DNA of 64,000 nucleotides from an uncultured delta proteobacterium (GTDB lineage Bacteria; Desulfobacterota; Syntrophia; Syntrophales; Smithellaceae): NCBI GenBank assembly GCA_963845095.1, contig CAWJQM010000006.1, positions 2,786 to 66,785 of the forward strand, read 5' to 3'. Shown piece by piece: positions 1 to 9,856 of this stretch (position 1 is its first letter; each line of letters starts with the position of its first letter). The notes under the pieces were generated by a model. It saw only the letters and a program-made list of their open reading frames with translations, ran no database searches and was not told where the DNA came from. The position numbers and the translations under genes were made by a program.

Positions 1-245
1 TTGCCGGCAATTGCTTCCAGAACATCCGCAAATGTTAAGTCTTCTGGCAAGGTCTTGTCTATATCGATCTTGCTGTTCATCGCGAGAAAATCAATAAATG
101 ATTTTTCGGTTTGTGTTTCAATGATTTCTTTTTTGAATGCATATTTTATTATCATGGGAATGGATCGTCGGGAAATATCGTGATCCATTTCTTTAAAGTC
201 ATAAAAACTTGTCGTTGAAGGGAATGTGTTCCAAAGCGCGTTCAT
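1..245 (-). CDS. hypothetical protein, N-terminal part (gene runs off the left edge)
   Basis: The minus-strand frame is open from ATG 245 (alternative GTG 278) to the window edge: MNALWNTFPSTTSFYDFKEMDHDISRRSIPMIIKYAFKKEIIETQTEKSFIDFLAMNSKIDIDKTLPEDLTFADVLEAIAG. It is absent from the ORF track because it is open-ended. No motif was recognised. Confidence 0.25.
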   Translation of the reverse strand, partial: MNALWNTFPSTTSFYDFKEMDHDISRRSIPMIIKYAFKKEIIETQTEKSFIDFLAMNSKIDIDKTLPEDLTFADVLEAIAG

Positions 246-768
246 TATAAGTGTTTTATTGACAGCTTCTTTTTTCACTATTTCATATCTCTTTTCTTAA
301 GTTGCCATGTTTCATTGAATTATTTTTTTCATTTCATATTTTACTATATTTTAAAATAATCCGCTATAGTAATATAATATATTGTTTTTTATTATTGTTT
401 AATCATTCAAGTAATAATATTTTATCATACATAAGATGAAATGACAATTTCATTTCACTAAGAAATGGAATTTTTACTCATAAACGGTTTCTGCATTGAC
501 AACTATAAGTAATCATAATAAAAAATAACCATATGATGGAATAATATACATTGTCTTCCTTTGCATCTTGTTTAGATATTGGTAATTTTTATCATTAAAA
601 ATAGAATCTCGATATTTTTTATGTACTGGCAAGGAAACAGGGGGCAAATCTTCATTAGATACCGCACACATCACTCTCAACATTATCCGATTTAAGCAGT
701 AGTATTAAGGGTTTTTGTAATAGAATTTAAAAGAACGCAGCATCAAAGAAAGGAAATAAAAATGGGGG

Positions 769-2011
769 ATGTCAGAAATGACTATACATAAAAGATACTC
801 ATTTCTATTATTTATCTTATTGGTGGTATGTCTAATTTTTGTACATTCAACGGAGGCCATATCAGTTGAACATGACAAAGTTAGTGATTCAAGTATTTCA
901 TGGAAAGAAATTCGACTAGTCTTGGATTCACATGGCTCTGCATGGTGCGGCACCAGAAGTATCGTATTCAGTGGTTATGGAAAGGACAAAGGCAAGGGAA
1001 TACGGTTATTTGATCTAGAGAGCGGTGTTATTCAAGATATAACTAATGATCCCACTCACAGAAATGTAAGCTGCGCGGCTGATGGCCGGTATATCGTTTT
1101 TACGGATGACATGTTCATGAAGGATCAGGGCAGTTTATTTGTTTACGACAGAAACTCAAAAACGATAAAAAAAATGTATGAAATGGAAAGCTTGTTATTA
1201 GAGAATATAGTGGCAATGCCTTTATCGCCTAATGCTAATTATCTACTAGGCCCTGATTTACCTGTGGTGCAACAGCATGTATTACCGGGAGGTAAAGAAG
1301 TTAAATTAGTGTCCTATCGAAGAGGCATGAGTCATATCCCCGAATTTACAAAATTGCAATGGTCCGCCGATGAAAGCCACCTCTATCTTTTCGATCCCAA
1401 TGGTGGCAGGCTGAATATACGTGATTTGAAAAACAGTAAGAATAGGAACTATTATTTCGAGCGCTATCTCAGAAACATACGCATCACCAAAGATAATATT
1501 TTATACGCAGATCAGATGTTTGGCAGCGATATGGGCGATGATAGCGTTACCAATCTGTATGTTTATGAATTTCCGTATCAGAACAAGCCAAGAAAGTTAT
1601 TAGTCAGAGACATTGAAGTTTTATGATGCAGATGATGAGGGCAACATTGTATTTAGTAAAGAACTGAAGAATGGCCGAGGCATTTACTATTTGAAGAGGG
1701 GGAGAACGAAAGCGCAAATTTTAAAAGAAATTCCTGTGCCACACAACATTGGAATATGGCCCAGAATAACAAACAATGGCAAAGGGATCTTTTTTTCTGT
1801 ACCTACCGCCCCAAGAGGCACAAGAGTATATACAATATTAATAAAACTAGATGGTTGCATAGGCAGTGTCGGCGAAGTCAACAAGCTGACCGATGTTGAT
1901 TTTGCAGTTGATACCTTTAACAGAGAATTACCTGACATCATAACGTTATTGCCGGAAGTGGAAACATTGCCGGATATTAATGGATCGGGATTATGCTTTA
2001 ATCTGTATTAA
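769..2011 (+). pseudogene. secreted beta-propeller (TolB/PD40-like) repeat protein, reading frame interrupted near 1613-1626
   Basis: ORFs 769-1626 and 1613-2011 read as one protein. It has a signal peptide (FLLFILLVVCLIFVHSTEA) and blade-like strings (DGRYIVFTDD, LFVYDRNSKTIKK, WSADESHLYLFDPNGG, NLYVYEF, GIYYLKRG). The frame shifts by 1 nt at the junction. It is a paralog of 2162-3348, sharing the HG..WCG and C..DG..I.FT strings. Confidence 0.55.
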
Positions 2012-2161
2012 ATGGCGAGCCTTTTCCCCTCATTGGTAATCGTGCTGGCCAGCCAGCCAATTAACCACCAGGAAGGAACAAGAAGCGCTGATGGATACAT
2101 TGCTTGATGCTTGGGCGTAAACAATGGAAGATCGAGACCCGGAACAACTAAGGAGGTCAGC

Positions 2162-3348
2162 ATGAAGAGAATTAACAAATTAATACCAATAAATAGAACC
2201 GTGCCAATTATTTCAATTATTTTCGTTATTTTTCTAAATATTTTCTCTGCATATGTCTATGCAGAAAATTCAGAACAAGCAATTTCTGTAAAGCAATGGG
2301 CTAACCCAAAAGAATATGTTGCTGATATTGAAGAGGTACATGGCATGCTTTGGTGCGGCCAAGACACAATAGCCTTGTTAAAGGGCTTAGTTGATGAAAA
2401 AACAGCCATATTTTTCTATAAAACAGAGTTAACCGATGTCAAAAAAGAAATAATTGATTTCCACACTAATGGAATGCCTTCCTGCTCTGATGACGGCCAG
2501 AAAATATATTTTACAAAAATAATGGAAGAAGAAAATCCATTAAAATTATGTATTATGATATAAAAAGCGGGAAAATTCAAAAATATTTTTCTCGTAGTGC
2601 ATCGATACCTATACTAATCTCGCCGCAGCGCAGCTATTTTATAGCTCCTCCACAATTCAATCAGACATCAATATCAGAGATCAGGAATGTTATTATTATT
2701 CCCCGGAATGTAGTGGTAGATGAAAATTTACCGACAAAGATTATGACAGATATTATTGAGTGGGATCCGCTGGAGCGCCGTATATACTCATTGAATCTAA
2801 AGACCAAGATACTTTCCATCATTGACACTAAGACATTACAAAAAGAAAAAGTGAAAATTAGAGGAATGGGTAATTATGAAATTCTTAGGATTAAGGCTGT
2901 AAAGAATCCAGACAAATTATTTCTTGTTGCTACCAATTTTAATTTACCTGATAAGGAAAAGCAAACAAATGTCTACCTTTTAGATTTGGCTGATAAGATA
3001 AAATCAGTAAAGCTCTTTCTCTCGGACATTAACTCTTTTGATATATCTCCCATGGGAATAGCCGTTTACAGCAAAGTTTATGGTACAACTGAAATTGCTG
3101 GTGAAGGAACGATCTATGATCGTAATCCAGCTAAAAGATATGTAAGTATTAATTTAGTTGATGAGAGGCATAAAGAAAAAAATATAAAGAGATTACATTT
3201 TGATCCATGGCCAGGCGTTACTGGTGCTGGCGTTCTAAAACAAAAGCCAATCATGACGAAAGATGGCCTATCCTTGGCATTTATTGTCAAAAGTAGAGAT
3301 TCCGCCAATGAAAGTAGATATAAACTAAATATGTTATCTATTAGGTGA
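2162..3348 (+). pseudogene. secreted beta-propeller repeat protein (paralog of 769-2011), reading frame interrupted near 2548-2563
   Basis: AAGGAGG lies 5 nt upstream of ATG 2162. The signal peptide is MKRINKLIPINRTVPIISIIFVIFLNIFSAYVYA. ORFs 2111-2563 and 2548-3348 join as ...NPLKL / YYDIKSGKIQ, a typical blade turn. Very low GC. Confidence 0.55.
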
Positions 3349-3380
3349 CATATTTACATTATTAAAATAGAGACATAAGG

Positions 3381-6300
3381 ATGGCTGTTATGGGATATAA
3401 ACCGTGGAGAAATTATGTGATTACAACTCCATACAGAGCACCAAGAAAAAAGACCGATGGAGGTACTTATTATCATCCTGGCGTTGACTATGCAACACCG
3501 GACGGCACCAGGGGCAAGGAGATCCCGGCTTTGACTGACGGTAGAGTTGTTTTTAAAGGTCGGATGAATGGCTTTGGTAATTCCATAATTATTCAAACCC
3601 GGCTTGAAGATGGGACATACATTTTAACATCATATAATCATTTGCTTACGCCATCTCCCCTTAAAGTAGGAGATGAAGTTGATAAAGGCGATAGTGTTGG
3701 TAGGGTTGGCCATTCAGGAAGAAGTAGAGGTGATCATTTGGATTTGACTATTGTGGATAATGGAGACGTTAGCGAGATCGACGAATATGGGACAATAAAT
3801 CCGAATGATGCGAAAAATGATTTCATAAATGGGAAAAATTCTGGAAATACCATAAACCCAGATGATATTGATGGATATGATGCTACTGACTCTCCTGATC
3901 CCGGTGACCCTAGTGCTCCTGGTGATCCGAACAATCTCAATAATCCAGTAAACGATGCGGGTGGAAGTTTTGGTGATGGCATGGGTGTACCTCCGCCAAA
4001 TATTAATTTTGATCCTTTAGTCCTTGATCTGGACGGAGACGGAATTGAAACCGCGGCTTCTGCCGAAGGCGCTTTTTTCGATCATGACGGAAACGGTTTT
4101 GCCGAGCGAACAGGCTGGGTATCCGGCGATGAAGGCTTGCTGGTTCGTGATATAAACAGTGACGGTGTCATCAATAACGGCGGTGAGTTATTCGGCGATC
4201 AGACATTATTATCTAATGGCCAAAAGGCAGCCGGCAGCTTCCAGGCGCTGGCCGATCTGGACAGCAATAGTGATGGTAAGATTGATGCCAATGATTCGGC
4301 GTTTGCCCAGTTAAAAGTGTGGCAGGACAGCGATGGAGATGGATACTCAACGGAGGATGAATTAAAGACGCTCAGTGAACTGGGGATTACTGCCCTTAAC
4401 ACTGGTTACACCTCTACTAATATTTCTGATGGATTGGGTAACACGCAAATACAGTCGGGGACATATAAAAAATTAGACAACACCTCCGGCCAGATGGGCG
4501 GATTTCTTGTTCAGCGCGACACTGCCTATACTATACCAGAAGAATGGCTGGAAGTGCCGGCTGAAATCGCTGCACTGCCTGATATACAGGGTTATGGGAA
4601 TGTCTATGATTTGCAACAGGCAATGGTGCGAGACGTCAGTGGTGATTTACAGGATTTGGTAGAACTATTTATCGCACAAACGGATGCCGTGGTATTGACT
4701 ACTGCAGGCGGTACAACTCCAATCATTTCTTCAGCGGCAAATATCCGTAACAGCACCCTTGAACAAATCATTTTTAAGTGGACCGGATCAGAGGGCGTCG
4801 ATCCGGCCAGCCGCGGCGGTTTGTTTGATGCCCGGAAGCTCGCTGTTCTCGAAAAATTTCTGGGACAGGATTTTGTCGGAACAACCGGAGCAAACCCCAA
4901 TGCCAATGCCGTACCATTTTTGAATCAGGCTTATCACATCCTGTTTGATATGTTCTATGGTGAGCTCATGATGCAAACTCACCTAAAGGATGTTTTTGAT
5001 GAAATTACCTACAACTGGAATGGAAATACCCAAAGCGTTACAGGCGATTTAAGTGCCGCCGCCACTTACTTTCAGCAACTGATTGCAGCAAATTCAGTGG
5101 AAGGGAAATTTGCCCTCGCGGAATTTGTCCGGGCAATAGGCGGACTTGAGGGCGAAAATAACACCACATGGGATTATGAAAGTTTTAAAAATGACATGCT
5201 CAGTGGCGCCGACTCTGACCAGTGTTTTATTGTCAATTCATTCAACAAAAATTTGATTGTGGGCGATGCAGGGGGCGGCACATTAAGTGGTACTGCTAAT
5301 GATGATGCGATCGCTGGCGGTGATGCGAACGATACTGTATTGAGTATTGCAGGTAATGATGTCCTCTATGGCGGCAAAGGCAACGATGTTTTATACGCCG
5401 ACCAATCCGGCAGCGGCAGCAATATCTTGCTGGGCGGCGACGGTAACGACAGCCTGTTTGGATCTTACATGGGAAGCGACAAGCTTGACGGCGGTTCCGG
5501 AGATGATGTTTTGACGGCAAGCATGCATGGCCATAATATTCTTATCGGCGGAACCGGGAATGATACTCTTTATGGCAGGTATGGCAACGACTACCTCGAT
5601 GGCGGAGCAGGGATCGACTGCTTATCTGGTGGCGGAGGAAATGACGTTTTCATTTATGAACGCGGTTCGGACAATGACATCATACAGCGTGACATTGCTT
5701 ATTACTATTGGGGGGTGGCTAATCCGAACGGGATGGATACTGTTCAATTTGGGGCGGGATTGGTGGCGGATTCGTTTGATTATATTGGCAAGGGTCTAAA
5801 TGAGGGCGGCGATCTTATTTTAAGGATCAAGGATACGGGTGAGACGTTAACAATCAAGAATTGGTTTGCTCATGAGTATTATCAGGTTGACCGTTTCGCT
5901 TATGCGGATGGAACGGCGCTAAGTTCAGCAGATATTGACAGCCGGGCGGAAATATTACCCATTACTGGCACTGAAGGGGATGATAATCTTAATGGTGTAG
6001 TGGTAAATGGTCATGACAATGTTGTTTATGGTTTAGGGGGCAATGACACCCTGTACGGTGGTTCTGGGAATGACACCCTCGATGGTGGAACAGGCAATGA
6101 TGTTTTATATGCCGACCAATCCGGCAGCGGCAACAATATCTTGCTGGGCGGCGACGGTAACGACAGCCTGTTTGGATCTTACATGGGAAGCGACAAGCTT
6201 GACGGCGGTTCCGGAGATGATGTTTTGACCGCAAGCATGCATGGCCATAATATTCTTATCGGCGGAACCGGGAATGATACTATTTATGGCAGGTATGGAA

Positions 6301-8063
6301 ATGACACCATCGATGGCGGAGCAGGTATCGACTATTTAGCAGGAGGCGGTGGAAATGATGTTTACTATGTAGATAACGTCGGAGACACCGTTACGGAAAA
6401 TGCTAATGACGGGACGGATACAGTTATAAGCTCAATTACTTATACCTTGGCTGCTAATGTGGAGAATCTCACATTAACTGGAACGGCAGCAATTAATGGC
6501 ACCGGTAACACATTAAATAATATGCTCCTTGGCAACAGTGCCAATAATACCCTTTCCGGTGGTTCGGGCGCCGATACAATGAAAGGTGGTCTGGGGAATG
6601 ACCTATACTACGTTGATAATATCGATGACATGGTTACAGAAAATGCCAGTGAAGGTAAGGATACAGTTCAGAGCTCTGTCACCTATATCTTAGGTGCCAA
6701 CATCGAAAACTTGATCTTAACCGGAACAGCCGCAATCAATGGAACCGGCAATGAATTGGATAACGTATTGAACGGCAATAGTGCGGTTAATACACTCAGG
6801 GGTGGAGCGGGCAATGATACGCTGAATGGCGGTTCCAAGGCCGATAATATGATTGGTGGACTCGGTAATGATGTTTACTATGTGGATAATCTTGGCGATG
6901 TTGTGATGGAGAATGCCAATGAAGGAACAGATAAAGTTATAAGTTCTATTACTCATACACTTGGAGCTAGCGTTGAGAACCTGGCATTAACCGGAACAGC
7001 CGCAATCAATGGAACCGGCAATGAATTGGATAACGTATTGACCGGCAATAGTGCTGTTAATACACTCAGGGGCGGAGCGGGCAATGATACACTGAATGGC
7101 GGCACCGGAGCTGATACCATGATCGGTGGAATTGGTAATGAAATATACTATGTGGATAACAGCGGCGACGTGGTTATGGAGAACTCCGATGAAGGAATGG
7201 ATGCAGTCCAGAGCTCCGTCACCTATATCTTAGGCGCCAACATCGAAAACTTGATCTTAACCGGAACAACCGCAATCAATGGAACCGGCAATGAATTGGA
7301 TAACGTATTGACCGGCAATAGTGCGGTTAATATACTCGCCGGTGGAGCGGGCAATGATACACTGAATGGCGGCACTGGAGCCGATACCATGATCGGTGGA
7401 ATTGGTAATGACATATACTACGTGGATAACAGCGGTGATGCAGTAACAGAGGTCGCCAATGAAGGTATAGATACAGTAAATAGCTCTATTAGTTATACAT
7501 TGAATCTGAACGTGGAAAATCTGACCATAATCGGAACAGCCACCAGAAACGGTACCGGTAATAGTTTGGATAATGTTTTGACCGGCAACAATGCAGTTAA
7601 TGTTCTTACCGGGAACGATGGTAACGATACTATAGATGGTGGTGCCGGCAATGATACAGTTGCTGGTGGCAATGGTTCGGATACCTACCTTTGGAGAAGG
7701 ACTGATGGCAAGGATACGCTCAATGAAGCAGCCGGCGTCAATGGCGAGATTGATACACTAAAACTGATGAATGGCATAACAACAACCGATCCGGTGTTAA
7801 TCAAGCAGAATAATGATCTTTATGTTTTTATTGATGCTAATAATTATATGAAGATAGTCAATGAATTTCAGCAGACTAATTACGGCATTGAGAGACTGGA
7901 AGTATCCAACGGCCATTACGTCACTAGGCAGGATATCCAGACAATTGTCGATACAATGAGTAGTATCAACAACAATAAGGGCATGGATGTGATGCAGAAG
8001 TTCAATGCGATGATAAGTGACCAGACATACCATAGTATTCTGGCGCAGAGCTGGCATCAATAG
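3381..8063 (+). CDS. M23 (lysostaphin/LytM-type) peptidase domain fused to RTX / hemolysin-type Ca-binding repeat protein; probable T1SS substrate
   Basis: Single uninterrupted 1560-aa ORF; ATG 3390 has better spacing to AAGGA than ATG 3381. The N-terminus carries the M23 motifs YYHPGVDYATP (HxxxD), YNHL and GHSGRSRGDHLDL (aligned to STGPHLHF). An acidic DxDGDG / DSNSDGKID Ca-binding region follows, then dozens of GGxGxD nonapeptides. There is no N-terminal signal peptide. The gene sits directly upstream of TolC-like and ABC/MFP genes. Confidence 0.85.
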   Translation: MAVMGYKPWRNYVITTPYRAPRKKTDGGTYYHPGVDYATPDGTRGKEIPALTDGRVVFKGRMNGFGNSIIIQTRLEDGTYILTSYNHLLTPSPLKVGDEVDKGDSVGRVGHSGRSRGDHLDLTIVDNGDVSEIDEYGTINPNDAKNDFINGKNSGNTINPDDIDGYDATDSPDPGDPSAPGDPNNLNNPVNDAGGSFGDGMGVPPPNINFDPLVLDLDGDGIETAASAEGAFFDHDGNGFAERTGWVSGDEGLLVRDINSDGVINNGGELFGDQTLLSNGQKAAGSFQALADLDSNSDGKIDANDSAFAQLKVWQDSDGDGYSTEDELKTLSELGITALNTGYTSTNISDGLGNTQIQSGTYKKLDNTSGQMGGFLVQRDTAYTIPEEWLEVPAEIAALPDIQGYGNVYDLQQAMVRDVSGDLQDLVELFIAQTDAVVLTTAGGTTPIISSAANIRNSTLEQIIFKWTGSEGVDPASRGGLFDARKLAVLEKFLGQDFVGTTGANPNANAVPFLNQAYHILFDMFYGELMMQTHLKDVFDEITYNWNGNTQSVTGDLSAAATYFQQLIAANSVEGKFALAEFVRAIGGLEGENNTTWDYESFKNDMLSGADSDQCFIVNSFNKNLIVGDAGGGTLSGTANDDAIAGGDANDTVLSIAGNDVLYGGKGNDVLYADQSGSGSNILLGGDGNDSLFGSYMGSDKLDGGSGDDVLTASMHGHNILIGGTGNDTLYGRYGNDYLDGGAGIDCLSGGGGNDVFIYERGSDNDIIQRDIAYYYWGVANPNGMDTVQFGAGLVADSFDYIGKGLNEGGDLILRIKDTGETLTIKNWFAHEYYQVDRFAYADGTALSSADIDSRAEILPITGTEGDDNLNGVVVNGHDNVVYGLGGNDTLYGGSGNDTLDGGTGNDVLYADQSGSGNNILLGGDGNDSLFGSYMGSDKLDGGSGDDVLTASMHGHNILIGGTGNDTIYGRYGNDTIDGGAGIDYLAGGGGNDVYYVDNVGDTVTENANDGTDTVISSITYTLAANVENLTLTGTAAINGTGNTLNNMLLGNSANNTLSGGSGADTMKGGLGNDLYYVDNIDDMVTENASEGKDTVQSSVTYILGANIENLILTGTAAINGTGNELDNVLNGNSAVNTLRGGAGNDTLNGGSKADNMIGGLGNDVYYVDNLGDVVMENANEGTDKVISSITHTLGASVENLALTGTAAINGTGNELDNVLTGNSAVNTLRGGAGNDTLNGGTGADTMIGGIGNEIYYVDNSGDVVMENSDEGMDAVQSSVTYILGANIENLILTGTTAINGTGNELDNVLTGNSAVNILAGGAGNDTLNGGTGADTMIGGIGNDIYYVDNSGDAVTEVANEGIDTVNSSISYTLNLNVENLTIIGTATRNGTGNSLDNVLTGNNAVNVLTGNDGNDTIDGGAGNDTVAGGNGSDTYLWRRTDGKDTLNEAAGVNGEIDTLKLMNGITTTDPVLIKQNNDLYVFIDANNYMKIVNEFQQTNYGIERLEVSNGHYVTRQDIQTIVDTMSSINNNKGMDVMQKFNAMISDQTYHSILAQSWHQ
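5381..5640 (+). repeat. intragenic dispersed duplicate, copy A (partner 6099-6358)
   Basis: About 260 nt encoding VLYADQSGSGSNILLGGDGNDSLFGSYMGSDKLDGGSGDDVLTASMHGHNILIGGTGNDTLYGRYGND. Only about 4 nucleotide differences from copy B over the first ~210 nt. Confidence 0.8.
6099..6358 (+). repeat. intragenic dispersed duplicate, copy B (partner 5381-5640)
   Basis: Near-identical DNA to 5381-5640, offset by 718 bp and in the same frame. Confidence 0.8.
6363..7685 (+). repeat. five tandem coding repeats (243 bp + 4 x 270 bp) inside the RTX gene
   Basis: The YYVDN codons recur at 6363, 6606, 6876, 7146 and 7416. Each unit reads YYVDNxGDxVxExxxEGxDxVxSSxxYxLxxNxENLxLTGTAAINGTGNxLDNVLxGNSAVNxLxGGAGNDTLNGGxGADxMIGGxGND. 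Units 2-4 are near-identical at DNA level. Confidence 0.85.
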
Positions 8064-8518
8064 GGATTAGAAGTCTCTCCGGGTTTCTTTTTACAAAAGA
8101 GCGGATGGAACAAGTGACTGTTGGGCCGAGAGGTGAAAAGACCACGCCAGAGAGAGGCAGACAAAAGTTAATTATCTCGTTACTTTATGCTTCATGGCCG
8201 GAGTGCTGGATGATTAAGCCTTCTAGCACATATGCATTGCGGATGGCGCATTACGGTGATGCAAATGAAAAACACGCTACTTATGTTCTGTGCCGCGCTT
8301 ATACTCATAACAGATTGCCGATTCTCCATAAAATTATTAGACGCCTTCAAAAGAAATGCTTCTTGCTCGGATATTTCTTTCTTTTCTATTATCGTCGCCT
8401 TCAATCACTTTGTTTTTATTGTTGTTACAAATAAATATTTATCGCGATAAATCTGATCAATAAAACGGTCGACAAAGGAAAACATATTTTACTGGTTCGC
8501 TATTTATTACTTATCTTA

Positions 8519-9856
8519 ATGGTTTTTTCTTATGCAATCATCATTGCCAATAAGCCTTGTTTTGCCGAGTCCCTTACCTACTTTTCCGCAATTAGAGACG
8601 GCATCAATCACTCCGCCAACCTTCGGGTAAGGATGGAAGACTTGCATATTGCCAATGCTCAATATCAGGGTAGTCGCGCCGAATTGTATCCGGCAATAAA
8701 TATCAATAGCCGCATTGAAAGATACGAAAACCTGGATAATCGAAATCAACAAACGATTAACACCATCGGCAACGAAGTTGTGGGCGGCAATCAGAGTGCC
8801 TGGCGTGCTGCCCTGTCATTATCCGGGCAATACGATATTTCACACTGGTATAAAAAAAGATATGAAGCGCAATACTACGAGAAGATACGCGATTCTAATG
8901 TACATAGTTGCGAAACAACAGCCAAGAAAATGATCAGGGATGTAACTGAAATCTTTGGCGCGATGGCCGAAGGAAAAATCAAATTAAAATATTCCGTTGA
9001 CATTCTCCGCAGGCTTCATGAAATCACCAAACTAAAAGAACAGGCTATGGCGCTGGGCCAATTTTCTTATGAAGATGTACTGAAAGCCCAATCAGATGCT
9101 GTCAATATGGAGAAGGAAATTTCCAAAATCAGGAAAGAAATCAAAGAATGTTCTGTCCGTTTGGGCAACTATACGGGGAAAAGCTATACCGAAGATACGG
9201 AAGTTACCCAATTGTCGCCTCGCGGGCAGTTATCAATGACAGATGAAATAGAAGTTATTTTGGCGATGCCAGAATATCAAACACGTCTCCGGGAACTCGA
9301 AGCAGCCCGCTCCAAAGAAAAATCAGCGGCCAATAACTCTCTGCCGGATATTTCACTGTATGCCCGTTATGATTTATACAATGCCAACCCTAAAAGCATG
9401 GAAAATACTTTTAATGATATGCGACAGGTGGGATACAGCGCAGGTATTTTGATTAGCCTTCCGCTCTTTGATGGCGGTATCCGCAAATGGGAGCGACAAA
9501 GGAATATTCATGAAGTCCGCAAGCAGGAAGAAAGCGTTTGGGTAACTTTCGCTGAGAAAAATAAGGACATTAAAACATTGCAGGCAGGTTACGATGAACT
9601 TAATAAATCTTATCATCATTATCAAAAATTGAACGAACAATACGGAAAAATACTGACAATCGGCAGGAAAGCTCATCTTCTGGGGGAGAGAAGCAATCTT
9701 GATCTTATGGATTTGGAAAAAAATGCGTTAGCTGTTGAACGCGATTTTCAGGTGCTCAAGAATTCCTTATCAATATATGAAAAGCATTTAGCGCTGGAGA
9801 TCAACTATAAACAATTTATGAGTGAGCACTATGGAGACTGGTCTTGTAAGTATTGA
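8519..9856 (+). CDS. TolC-family outer membrane factor of the type I secretion system
   Basis: 445-aa ORF with a two-repeat coiled-coil-rich OMF pattern (LTYFSAIRDGINHSANL..., ...LPDISLYARYDLYN..., ALAVERDFQVLKNSLSIYEKHLALE). It overlaps the start of the ABC gene. The true start may lie upstream of ATG 8519 (see findings). Confidence 0.75.
   Translation: MVFSYAIIIANKPCFAESLTYFSAIRDGINHSANLRVRMEDLHIANAQYQGSRAELYPAININSRIERYENLDNRNQQTINTIGNEVVGGNQSAWRAALSLSGQYDISHWYKKRYEAQYYEKIRDSNVHSCETTAKKMIRDVTEIFGAMAEGKIKLKYSVDILRRLHEITKLKEQAMALGQFSYEDVLKAQSDAVNMEKEISKIRKEIKECSVRLGNYTGKSYTEDTEVTQLSPRGQLSMTDEIEVILAMPEYQTRLRELEAARSKEKSAANNSLPDISLYARYDLYNANPKSMENTFNDMRQVGYSAGILISLPLFDGGIRKWERQRNIHEVRKQEESVWVTFAEKNKDIKTLQAGYDELNKSYHHYQKLNEQYGKILTIGRKAHLLGERSNLDLMDLEKNALAVERDFQVLKNSLSIYEKHLALEINYKQFMSEHYGDWSCKY

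Noticed and set aside
2012-2110. A 32-codon ORF (MASLFPSLVIVLASQPINHQEGTRSADGYIA) in a locally GC-richer patch between the two beta-propeller genes.
   Set aside because: It is too short, has no RBS and starts directly at the upstream stop codon. It could be a relic fragment but cannot be supported.
5296-6234. Arg/Cys-rich minus-strand ORFs (5296-5520, 5989-6234) and small plus-strand ORFs inside the RTX gene.
   Set aside because: They are by-products of the GGxGxD-encoding repeats read in other frames. They are duplicated only because the underlying coding repeat is duplicated.
6363-7685. A regular 270-bp periodicity that could suggest a CRISPR or satellite array.
   Set aside because: The units are contiguous with no spacers. 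They stay in frame inside a 1560-aa ORF and encode RTX-type repeats. This is a coding tandem repeat, not CRISPR.
8105-8450. Small overlapping ORFs between the RTX gene and the TolC-like gene (8105-8434 +, 8232-8450 +, 8192-8404 -). One includes a possible lipoprotein-like MKNTLLMFCAALILITDC.
   Set aside because: They are mutually exclusive and have no convincing RBS. The putative lipobox has Asp at -1. They cannot be supported from sequence alone and may be worth a proteomics check only.
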